Below are positions 31,601 to 38,059 of a DNA stretch of 64,000 bases, piece by piece. This DNA comes from an uncultured Clostridia bacterium. Its GTDB lineage: Bacteria; Bacillota; Clostridia; Christensenellales; UBA1242. Position 1 is the first letter of the stretch; the number at the start of each line of letters is the position of its first letter. Location of the stretch: positions 2,891 to 66,890 of the forward strand of contig CALVOG010000005.1 in NCBI GenBank assembly GCA_944350265.1, written 5' to 3'. Below the pieces are notes generated by a model. That model was not told the DNA's origin and ran no database searches. It saw only the letters and a list, made by a program, of their open reading frames with translations. Both the position numbers and the translations under genes were made by a program.

Positions 31601-33664
31601 TTGTCGGACACCAACGAGGTTGTAGACCCTGAAACAGGCGTGACGAGTGTTGTGTATCATTACCTTAACACCGCTGAAAGTGGCGAAAGCGGAACGATAA
31701 CCAACCCAATATTACTCGATAACGCGGAAAATTTTGAAAACTACATTTTAAATGAAAACAACAATAATAACTATAATCACGCTTACTATCGCGTTGTCAA
31801 CAACATAGATTATTCTTCCTATGCGGGCAACAGTGAAATCTACAAAACTCGATTTATGGGCTATTTTGAGGGCAATTTCCTCACAATTAGTGGCGTGCAT
31901 ATGGTGACGAGTGAGAACTTGGAGCACGCAGGCTTCTTTGCCGAAGTTGGCTCCTCAACTCGTTCGGGCGCAATCGGCACCGTGATGAACTTTGACCTTG
32001 AACCAGTTGAAATGGTGTTCACTAATGCCAACGTTTCGGGCGGTATTGCGGGGCGTGTCGACAGCGGTATTGTTGCCAACGTCAACTTAATCGGTGACGA
32101 AAGCACAATGATTACAGCTAGCAACATTGCGGGTGGTGTTGTTGGGCTTGCAGTTGGCGATTACTACATTGAAAATGTTCACTCCGACGCCTCAGCAAAG
32201 GCAACCTATATCCCAGAAAACAACAACAGCAATATCTTTGAAGAAAACGGCAACTATTCGCGCAATTCCTATGCGGGCGCCGTTGTTGGTGTTGCGGGCG
32301 GACACGGAAGGGTGAACAAGATAAGCGTCGATTCGGGCGTTGCCGTGTTCGGCGGAACGGCTGGCGGACTTATTGGGCTTGTGACAAGAGACGCCTCGGC
32401 TTCCAATATGTCACTCACTGTCAATGACGATTTAATCATCAACGCTTATTACTACGGCGGTTTGGCGATTGGAGAGAGCGCAGGCAATGTTGAAAATGTG
32501 GACGTTGTTGGAACGGGCAGGTATGAAACGATATTCGGCGAAATACCAAGTAGCCCTGTTGCGGTTGGTGGCGTGGTTGGCGTCCTTTCAAGCGGTAGAG
32601 TGAACAATGCAAGCGCTAATCAAAGTTTGTCGCTTTCCTCTGAAACTTTGGAGGAGGGCGTGGACTACCTCGGCGGTTTTGCGGGTGTTGTTACGGGCAG
32701 TGTCACCCTCAGCAACATTGATGTTGAAGGGTCGTTTGTTGGCTTCAGCACCGTGGGCGGTGTGATTGGTGGCGTGACAAGTGAAAATGTTGCCATAACC
32801 ATAAGCGATGTCAACTACCGTAGCGGCTACCTTTCAGTTCAGTCCTTAGGGCAGTCACGTGCGATTGTGGGCGGTCTTGTTGGTTATGCCACAGTGTCAA
32901 CAAATCTCAACGTCACTGCAACTCTTTCCTATTCTCTTCAAAATGAGATTAAGAATTTTGCTGATGCCTTCATTAAAGACCAAGATGGCGACGAAAATTA
33001 TATTGAATTCACCGAGGCGGTTGGCTCAGACCAAATCTATTCGCTTTCCACTGATATTTTCACCAATGACGAGCGCTCGGCAATTAATTCCGCATACCTA
33101 AGCGAGGCTAACAAGGTGGATTTTGAGGCGTATGTTCGCGTGTATGTTTACGGCACAACACTCAACATCTATCTCGGCGAGGTGGTTGGCTACACTGACA
33201 GCGCAATGATTTATGTGGAAAACACCGTGAGCGTGATGAACGCGGATGTTTACAGTTATAATATGGGCTGTGTTGTTCCAACTGAGTATACCGAGAGGGC
33301 GTATGCTTCGCAAAAAGAATACTCTTATATTCTCCACTCTGGCAATGGCGTTACGTATAACGGAAGCGGAACGATGTTTGAAAATGTGCTTGATTATAGC
33401 GCAACAAGCGGTGTCAGCCTCGACGGACATATCTACCAAGAACTAACCTCAACATACACGCCAACAAGAGCGCAGTCGGTTGCGGAAAATGTCATTGAAA
33501 CCACCTATGGCTTCAGCGCAACTTTCGGGGCAAACGTCTCCGTTATGCCAATCTTCAGTCAAAACATAAGTTACACTTTCTATATGGAAAATGGCGAATC
33601 CAACCATAGCCTTTACTTAAATAACTATGGCATTTTGGTGGGCGAGGAGTTTGTTGGCTTATAA
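22685..33664 (+). CDS. giant (3659 aa) surface lipoprotein with an Ig-like domain and three GLUG-like beta-helix repeat modules
   Basis: AAGGAG precedes the ATG, which lies 11 nt after the ATPase stop. The signal peptide has lipobox VGC, with Cys28 at 22766-22768. The N-terminal segment is Big_2-like (TANITAHAEEGYKWTSVRVNV). GG[LIV][VA]G..G.I.N-type repeats lie at about 26558-27470 and 30510-32915. There is no LPXTG or other C-terminal anchor. Confidence 0.85.
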   Translation: MTKLYRRIFVGVLSCIAFVFAGVFFVGCGKVDYSNISVSANTASVDLERGESTNLSFSIENTSKSFYKVLKFSLDKEGVISIDDVKYENDTAVVTISALAGGTANITAHAEEGYKWTSVRVNVVEHSSSMSYGGNAFYLTAGSELSAPSNLNLTASDYVFSPNATDKDVTFYYVYGGANFADLKFKDFYGATFDFNDLNNIAMPDELLFEEGSYLIFTDSNTVEHNVSAVKFDGAKVENGALNLYYNGEIVASSGYENDSPLTRSLQTALLEQKFNLVAFYNYSVYENSALEGVKSYLYTMHEAKIYQNLDVSVTSGYIKTTTGENLEKEKTLEFSSKFNENIKLLPNSNEFNTIALKVSLGVSIGSVDYGVMNIAENLMVEVVSASSWATYKEENGIVESNATDEENVFYVIINSSAFEKGEFKFELFARYDALSDVLDDYNVNFCPQIEVEVGLVPTEILFNGVSATSYSSATAPIIIYNYYRYPDFGWKDLEISLATGLDSVADFSYAVVNYESDDIDFKQGESTPIENDEEIYDLSTPFKYRGNEQFKEEGIGYFTITIHLEVSDGETISISAEVYYNLVKGASAILKDDINYGTSGVLFVDMQAEGVMSLGNYLYADTIFNGVSIEHISGEDVVSFIINQDCCKEVLNALNERIFVVNAEISARRTGRGTYRVELDNGVFTSMTVEVIDTLQSDNFGVELVSSDYVGYYEYTTSHFEEDNEEERYVNTLHLEILNATDKDTYEVNFGSVVGVRFYGNIISISEPQIDNNDVISVGRNSEVRFNITTTSNGESLVHFVANGYAVDSEKLQKIDTELHYYIDVKSYSLVDEFYLLNDGRYAVDNVVYYGQSSNLPSEATSVTFEVYAENKEAFGFYEYKISDDYFEYLKEDMLTEGEQLNTSNIFGRLVYELSSAISAGEEPTDGEEILLADIDDEYIKSELVYEKYDRRFIYFYADANSRSLRTASEATITVSRENAKLSYTVYFNLPRGIIFNMKDKETSVNVGGVEYIISIEFSNVFSLAGTSGMQGRFNFNTFTYEHTVANRGDFVLHSYLQQRNYSEMQYDANITTTQYVEVERVSTASKIDEIAFTNGYLSDIFVVFASPTNATNIDLKAQFAPINFASSDLVTTNIIKQSAGVYLVEVSVEKFYNNNSNINSIEEALSGTLYIFPSEWGDNYTLLGEHTPIEIVVSYRNGSEANRYILDSPEDVLQIGNNEETLSSHYEVRSNIDMSTVRGESIGFLNGELVGFSGSIVGTTSQAGISNFSISFAEGKGVIAPKADGTSYYAGIFAQINDDAYIKNLTISAKFDLNTLGYTGNYRIALLAGINYGRLSNVSAEVLESNIAVRGGGDFVIGGLVGENGVISYNEDATEVSKAGEILQNFSSYAESENEIEGYFTIKDRVGEFSGQTPKMLASFDGKLSINIDGTASNARVYVGGVAGKNSGDIYRIDDESLSIYGYASYSSYANIEVGGGSADCVYLGGTVGYFVGNSKVLSKIIKISNDDYDFAVNENPVNVTARATIFNLLVGGEVDLSVPVENSAVGGIVGYAGGIENREAQQVYLLKNTSRTFVRGDMFTGGIVGAEDYSENKPSVNYLLHETTPSGEYVLVENDDGALERVVLEETKNKIEAVDDGRGVFESSMMLLRGAEDDKKDIENKDAFTQNLVIAIGNSYKIGRNYQPSLEDIKMTLADFDICSYLSRGFVSNEVLDKNVNSLNSYYGDYLVYDGTERVESFNFAKAEANLGIGESDFKMTSENGAENVFLMFNFSGNFTEDAEGIAEEYIEDAGLNKFSPNSKLYPFALNTRDAQILSTSTHLLRVDADGSLTTYSNGVASVSLQSILNIQKSIKIYLYIVDYLDVWSQDSIFYASNTIDSSNIISGSEISVYGTRQTTIHAVPTYALKEGYLSYEAGGRNVDVVIEPDGTFNLNNVNIKLSGNESVVVDAKCENPLYTTHQVDNNAILFFGNGDNLQGRDTYILSSHLETEIEGEKYRFDIGASKNSEGVSVGVTYKETATSIKVSSNLISMRTNDVQKEKIEVTSRNDEFVYYEIFFESENGEKMIASKMDMSWANGVSDENFVEEYVKYIKDSNALFLLNIEKNGNTFDLSISINKESEAFKNRKNETIYGTYRITFYANELYDGVHTNFTIFLAEAEITSVEASNYSNYKDISARDNKIVPSRYGLLEIDVSPVEAEFDTFSIKNNAINYVEGAGEVDFTFAYRNVTEEGVTLVTDTLFGKGVNGELTFTYEDYVDYLEERNLSYNGKIYIRYLLSSLGVAGDMPIRFDITVSSLNGQVSEEVNLVTELENYAKLSFNDREEAEVYYVARGLNYGMTLDYFGYALDDIEISLSDSSVAQITGEGRERVLEITDNTITPNDDIGFKLNIYVNASRVIDNVVVPYSQILTVYIMEFVLDYQYVAGFNEDVVRGMEDGVISTAVGNAYKLEVDIWNYLEYDAENNSVVQNVRQFMESLSANAEFRLYDAENGRNGVLITDSLNIKSDYYHINGKYVTGIRLYEPEQDLYHFSMEVKFVRRNGLYVVDKNAVDPEVVYTEFSFYIHQQSTNESPIPVEDIEDLMGMEEGQYYILLNDIVLPNDNSAESFAPITEQVAGFDGNGYALIFSGTYTFETSNIGIFENVASGAVIKNMTVELASNTTFKAPSASASVGLIAGNNAGVITNSEVSSLNNSALSISLSSTDSYVAGFVGRNTGIITNSRSLVSVFSNANLAGFAGTNSGTISSSYFYGGNLRNESTATTSGGFTAGFVVNNSGKINTSYVSDEVTTSEDEVYSPNASSSIVSRNAISGFVFTNSGGISNCYSNIHMNNTSSLASGFVFNNEASGEVSSSISTSILNNNNTLSYGFARENAGIISDGIYLSDNGINDSVGSVSNNERTSIMALSKEEFDINDENFAENFRNFVYSNTRGYNAVWFYNNTNSSAYFNGQNFNVNRLELVAPNIIAFSQRYLSDTNEVVDPETGVTSVVYHYLNTAESGESGTITNPILLDNAENFENYILNENNNNNYNHAYYRVVNNIDYSSYAGNSEIYKTRFMGYFEGNFLTISGVHMVTSENLEHAGFFAEVGSSTRSGAIGTVMNFDLEPVEMVFTNANVSGGIAGRVDSGIVANVNLIGDESTMITASNIAGGVVGLAVGDYYIENVHSDASAKATYIPENNNSNIFEENGNYSRNSYAGAVVGVAGGHGRVNKISVDSGVAVFGGTAGGLIGLVTRDASASNMSLTVNDDLIINAYYYGGLAIGESAGNVENVDVVGTGRYETIFGEIPSSPVAVGGVVGVLSSGRVNNASANQSLSLSSETLEEGVDYLGGFAGVVTGSVTLSNIDVEGSFVGFSTVGGVIGGVTSENVAITISDVNYRSGYLSVQSLGQSRAIVGGLVGYATVSTNLNVTATLSYSLQNEIKNFADAFIKDQDGDENYIEFTEAVGSDQIYSLSTDIFTNDERSAINSAYLSEANKVDFEAYVRVYVYGTTLNIYLGEVVGYTDSAMIYVENTVSVMNADVYSYNMGCVVPTEYTERAYASQKEYSYILHSGNGVTYNGSGTMFENVLDYSATSGVSLDGHIYQELTSTYTPTRAQSVAENVIETTYGFSATFGANVSVMPIFSQNISYTFYMENGESNHSLYLNNYGILVGEEFVGL

Positions 33665-33869
33665 AATGCATTAAATATAGGTCAGCCAAAAAGGTTTGCG
33701 TCCATAAACCAGCCTTATATAGTTAAGTTTGCTGGGTGTAGGTGAAATTGCGTGAGTGTTGACCACATTGTTTTTGCTAATATCTTAAATAATGCGCTAG
33801 ATAAAATCAATATGTAAGCATAAAATCAAGCGTAGCATTAAAGGTGATGGTTTTAGTGAATATGTGCAG

Positions 33870-33948
33870 TTTCGACAAAATTCGACAAAATTATTATGTT
33901 AAGTAGGCTAATCTAGGGCGAATAATTTTGTCGAAAAATGTCGAAAAA
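33870..33948. promoter_or_regulatory. symmetric array of four consensus Spo0A (0A) boxes / 26-bp imperfect inverted repeat
   Basis: TTCGACA occurs at 33871 and 33881, and TGTCGAA at 33929 and 33939. Each pair has a 10-bp period. The inner 15-bp arms TTCGACAAAATTATT/AATAATTTTGTCGAA are perfect complements. Confidence 0.6.
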
Positions 33949-34088
33949 ATGACATATTTTCTATTTTCACATTTGATTTCATATTATTTCATTGCGCAAA
34001 TAGTCAAGTTTTACATTTAATTTCACATTAATGTGTATTAAAACGGGTAATTTGGCAATAGTTTTTTAAGAAAATTTATGAAAATCGC

Positions 34089-34117
34089 TTGCAATTTGTT
34101 TGCGTTCTTGCTAAAAT
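34089..34117 (+). promoter_or_regulatory. candidate upstream sigma-A promoter for rpoB
   Basis: TTGCAA, a 17-nt spacer and TAAAAT are present. Confidence 0.4.
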
Positions 34118-34170
34118 TTTGCTAACTGAGTAGTTTTTTGCAATTTTTGTAAATTATTTTTGAAAAACTA

Positions 34171-34200
34171 TTGACAAAGAGCGTTTATTGTTGCTATAAT
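34171..34200 (+). promoter_or_regulatory. consensus sigma-A promoter for the rpoB leader
   Basis: TTGACA, an 18-nt spacer and TATAAT lie 120 nt upstream of the rpoB ATG. Confidence 0.6.
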
Positions 34201-34252
34201 AAAGTGGTTATTAGCATAAATGTGGAAAAATATCGCGATTTAACTTAATACG

Positions 34253-34296
34253 GGAAGCATTATGGTAAGTTTTCTTGCCATAGTGTTTCCTTTTTT
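34253..34296 (+). terminator. intrinsic terminator/attenuator inside the rpoB 5' leader
   Basis: A 17-bp stem (GGAAGCATTATGGTAAG / CTTGCCATAGTGTTTCC, three G-U pairs) with loop TTTT is followed by T6 at 34291-34296. It lies between the promoter and the AAGGAG RBS. Confidence 0.65.
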
Positions 34297-34320
34297 AGTC
34301 TAATTTTTAAGGAGTATGTT

Positions 34321-37300
34321 ATGTCAGTTGCACTAAAAAAAGAAAAATTTGGAAAAGCCGAAAGATATACTTTTGCAAAGTTAAAAGACTATATCGACAT
34401 CCCACCACTTCTTGAGATTCAAAAGAAATCCTTTAAAGATTTCCTTGAACACGGAATTAGAGAAGCATTAGACGAATTTTCGCCTATCGTTGACTATAGC
34501 GGTAAGGCAAAACTTTATCTTTTGGATATCATTATGGATAAGGAGCCTAAATACTCCACCAAAGAGTGCAAGCGCCGTAGCGCCACTTACTCCATTCCTC
34601 TCAATGTGAAGGCACGCTTTGTTGTTGAAGAAACAGGGCAGGCGGTTGAGGATGTTGTTTTCTTAGGCGACATTCCTTATATGACCGACGACTGCACCTT
34701 TATCATCAACGGCGTTGAAAGAGTTGTTGTTAATCAAATTATCAAATCACCAAACTACTATCTTCTTAGAGATAAAAACCAGGATAACTCCACGCTTGTT
34801 GGGCAGATAATTCCTAAGCGCGGTATGTATATTGAAGTTAAGCAAGGTGCGAATGAGGTTTTGAATATCGTTTTGGATAGACGTAACAGAATCACGCTCG
34901 GCTTGTTTTTGAAGTGCTTTGGTTACACCGCTGACGAAATTTCCAAACTTTTTGGCGACCACAGGCTTGTTAAGCACGTCCTTGAAAAAGAGCCACAACA
35001 AACGCAAGAAGAGGCGCTTTTGGAATTTGCAAGAAAAACGCGTCCAGCCGATGTGCCAAGCGCTGAAACCACAAGAAGTTACCTTAACCTTTGGTTCTTC
35101 TCCGACCAATACTATAACCTTTCGAGGGTGGGAAGATATAACCTCAACAAAAAACTTTCCATTGCAAAGAGAATCACAGGTCAAGTTGTTGCTGAGGACG
35201 TTGTCAGTGAGGACGGCGAACTTTTGGCTAGGGCAGGGCAAGAGATTGACGCCGAAACCGCAAACAAGATTAAGGCAAACGGCATAAATGAAGTTTGGCT
35301 TCAACTGCCAGATAAAAAATACCTTGTTAGAGGCAACAACCGCGTTAAACTTAGCGACGTTTTTCCTTGCAATGAAGAAGAACTTGGAATTTTGGAAGAG
35401 GTTTACTATCCTGTTCTTAAAGAGATTTTGAAGGAAAATAAAACTAAAGAAAAGCGCCTCGAGGCAATTAAGGCGCGCGCTAAAGACCTTATGATAACAA
35501 CCCTCACAATGGACGACATTTTGGCTTCGATAAGTATGTATTTGGATGTTATTGAGGGCATTGCAAAGACTGACAAAATCGAACACCTTTCAAATAAGAG
35601 AATTGCAACTTGCGGAGAACTCTTCTTTGACCATTTCCGTTCGGGTATCACAAAACTTGTTTCGAATGTGAGAGAAACCTTGCAAGGAAAGGAACTTAGC
35701 GAAGTTACGCCAAGACAGATTGTTAACCCTAAGGCTGTGAACAGGGCGCTACGCGACTTCGTGGCAACCTCACAACTTTCGCAGTTTATGGACCAAGTCA
35801 ATCCGCTTTCGGGCATCACACAAAAACGTCGTGTTTCGGCGGTTGGACCTGGCGGTATTAGAAAGGAAAGAGCGGACGCGGAAGTGAGAGATATTCACTA
35901 CACGAACTATGGCCGTATCTGCCCAATCGAAACCCCAGAAGGTCAGGCAATCGGCCTTGTGAACACAATGACAAGTTACGCAAAAATCAACGAATATGGC
36001 TTCCTTGAAACGCCGTATAGAAAGGTGGATAAGGAAACAGGCAAGGTTTCGAATAAGTGCGAATACTATATGGCTGACATTGAGGACACCGCTTACATCG
36101 CTCAGGCAACCGAACCTCTTGACGAGGAGGGAAGGTTTGTTAACAAGCGCATTATTTGTAGGCACAAGGACTATGTTGTGGACGTTCCAGCAAGACAAGT
36201 TGACCTTGTGGACGCTTCTCCAAGACAGTTCATCTCCGTGGCAACCTCGCTTATTCCTTTCCTTAACTCCAACGAGGCTAACCGTGCGCTGATGGGCGCA
36301 AATATGCAACGTCAGGCTGTTCCACTTCTAAGACCAGAATCGCCAGTTGTCGGCACGGGTATGGAAAAGGTTGTGGCAAGAGATTCTGGCTACTGCACAA
36401 TCGCCAAAAATTCTGGCGTGGTTGAGTATGTCAGCGCTGACGAAGTGAGAGTTAAAACTAGCGAGGGAACTGTTGATATCTATCCTCTCACAAAATTCGA
36501 AAAGACCAACGATGAAACCTGCGTCAACCAAAAACCTTGCGTAAAGAAAGGCGAAAAGGTGAAAAAGGGCGATGTGATTATCGATGGCTACTCCTGTGAA
36601 AACGGCGAACTTGCGCTTGGCAAGAATGTGCTTATTGGATATATGAACTGGGAGGGCTATAACTTCGAGGACGCTATCATCATAAGCGATAGGCTTGTTA
36701 AGGAAGATGTTTACACCTCAATTTGCCTAAAGGTTGAAGAACTTAAATGCCGAACCACCAAACTTGGTGACGAGCAGATTACCCGTGATATTCCAAACCT
36801 CGGCGAGGAAGCGCTTAAGAATTTGGACGAAAACGGTATTATTCGAATCGGTGCCGAAGTGCGACCGGGCGACATCTTGGTGGGCAAGGTTTCACCTAAG
36901 GGCGAAACAGAACTTAGCCCAGAAGAAAGACTGCTTCGCGCAATTTTCGGCGAGAAGGCAAGAGAGGTGAGAGATACTTCTCTTCGCGTGCAACACGGCA
37001 AGGGCGGAATTGTTGTTGACGTGCAGGTGTTCTCGAGAAAGAATAAAGACGAACTTGAGCCTGGCGTGAACGAACTTGTTAAGGTGTTTATCGCTCAAAA
37101 ACGTAAACTTTCCGTCGGCGACAAGATGAGTGGTCGTTACGGCAACAAGGGCGTTGTTTCCATCGTGCTTCCAGAGGCTGATATGCCATTTATGGCAAAC
37201 GGCAAGCCACTTGATATCGTTCTTAACCCACTCGGCGTTCCAGCGCGTATGAATTTGGGGCAGGTTTTGGAGGTGCATCTCGGGCTTGTTGCGGGCAGTC

Positions 37301-38031
37301 TTGGTTGGAAAGTGGCAACTCCAGCGTTTGACGGCGCCGACGTTGCGTCAATCAAACAACTTTTGAAAGAAAACAACTTCCCAGAGGATGGCAAAGTGCA
37401 ACTCTATGACGGACGCACTGGTGAACCTTTTGAAAATAAGACCACAATCGGTATTAAATATATGCTTAAACTTAACCATATGGTTGACAGCAAAGTGCAC
37501 GCTCGTTCGATTGGTCCATACTCACTTATCACTCAACAACCACTCGGCGGAAAAGCGCTGTTTGGTGGGCAGAGATTCGGTGAAATGGAAGTTTGGGCGC
37601 TTGAAGCATACGGCGCAAGTCACGTTTTGCAAGAGATGCTCACGGTTAAGAGTGATGATGTTGTTGGCAGGGTGAAAACTTTTGAGGCGATTGTGAAAGG
37701 CGAACCAATTTCAGAGCCGGGAATACCTGAATCGTTTAAGGTTTTGGTTAAAGAATTGCAAGCACTCGCGCTTGATGTGAAGATTCTCACCGAAAACGAC
37801 GAAGAAATTGATTTACCAGAACTATCGCAAGACGAACACGACAGACCTGTGCTTGAAAAGGAAGTGGAAAACGACCTTAAAAATGTGACCCTTGACCTTG
37901 ACGAACTTATCAACGACCAAGGCGAAGAGGAAAAGAAAACTGACATTGAAGAGGCAATCGACGAGCAAACATCTACGCAGGGCATTGACGATATCGACCT
38001 ATTCGACGATTTTGGTGATTTTGACGAATAA
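34321..38031 (+). CDS. rpoB: DNA-directed RNA polymerase subunit beta
   Basis: The translation is unambiguously RpoB (for example GPGGIRKERA, NMQRQAVPL, RYGNKGVVS, LGGKALFGGQRFGEMEVWALEAYGA). It has an acidic C-terminal tail. Confidence 0.97.
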   Translation: MSVALKKEKFGKAERYTFAKLKDYIDIPPLLEIQKKSFKDFLEHGIREALDEFSPIVDYSGKAKLYLLDIIMDKEPKYSTKECKRRSATYSIPLNVKARFVVEETGQAVEDVVFLGDIPYMTDDCTFIINGVERVVVNQIIKSPNYYLLRDKNQDNSTLVGQIIPKRGMYIEVKQGANEVLNIVLDRRNRITLGLFLKCFGYTADEISKLFGDHRLVKHVLEKEPQQTQEEALLEFARKTRPADVPSAETTRSYLNLWFFSDQYYNLSRVGRYNLNKKLSIAKRITGQVVAEDVVSEDGELLARAGQEIDAETANKIKANGINEVWLQLPDKKYLVRGNNRVKLSDVFPCNEEELGILEEVYYPVLKEILKENKTKEKRLEAIKARAKDLMITTLTMDDILASISMYLDVIEGIAKTDKIEHLSNKRIATCGELFFDHFRSGITKLVSNVRETLQGKELSEVTPRQIVNPKAVNRALRDFVATSQLSQFMDQVNPLSGITQKRRVSAVGPGGIRKERADAEVRDIHYTNYGRICPIETPEGQAIGLVNTMTSYAKINEYGFLETPYRKVDKETGKVSNKCEYYMADIEDTAYIAQATEPLDEEGRFVNKRIICRHKDYVVDVPARQVDLVDASPRQFISVATSLIPFLNSNEANRALMGANMQRQAVPLLRPESPVVGTGMEKVVARDSGYCTIAKNSGVVEYVSADEVRVKTSEGTVDIYPLTKFEKTNDETCVNQKPCVKKGEKVKKGDVIIDGYSCENGELALGKNVLIGYMNWEGYNFEDAIIISDRLVKEDVYTSICLKVEELKCRTTKLGDEQITRDIPNLGEEALKNLDENGIIRIGAEVRPGDILVGKVSPKGETELSPEERLLRAIFGEKAREVRDTSLRVQHGKGGIVVDVQVFSRKNKDELEPGVNELVKVFIAQKRKLSVGDKMSGRYGNKGVVSIVLPEADMPFMANGKPLDIVLNPLGVPARMNLGQVLEVHLGLVAGSLGWKVATPAFDGADVASIKQLLKENNFPEDGKVQLYDGRTGEPFENKTTIGIKYMLKLNHMVDSKVHARSIGPYSLITQQPLGGKALFGGQRFGEMEVWALEAYGASHVLQEMLTVKSDDVVGRVKTFEAIVKGEPISEPGIPESFKVLVKELQALALDVKILTENDEEIDLPELSQDEHDRPVLEKEVENDLKNVTLDLDELINDQGEEEKKTDIEEAIDEQTSTQGIDDIDLFDDFGDFDE

Positions 38032-38059
38032 TTTAGTTTGAATTATAAAATTAAATGTT

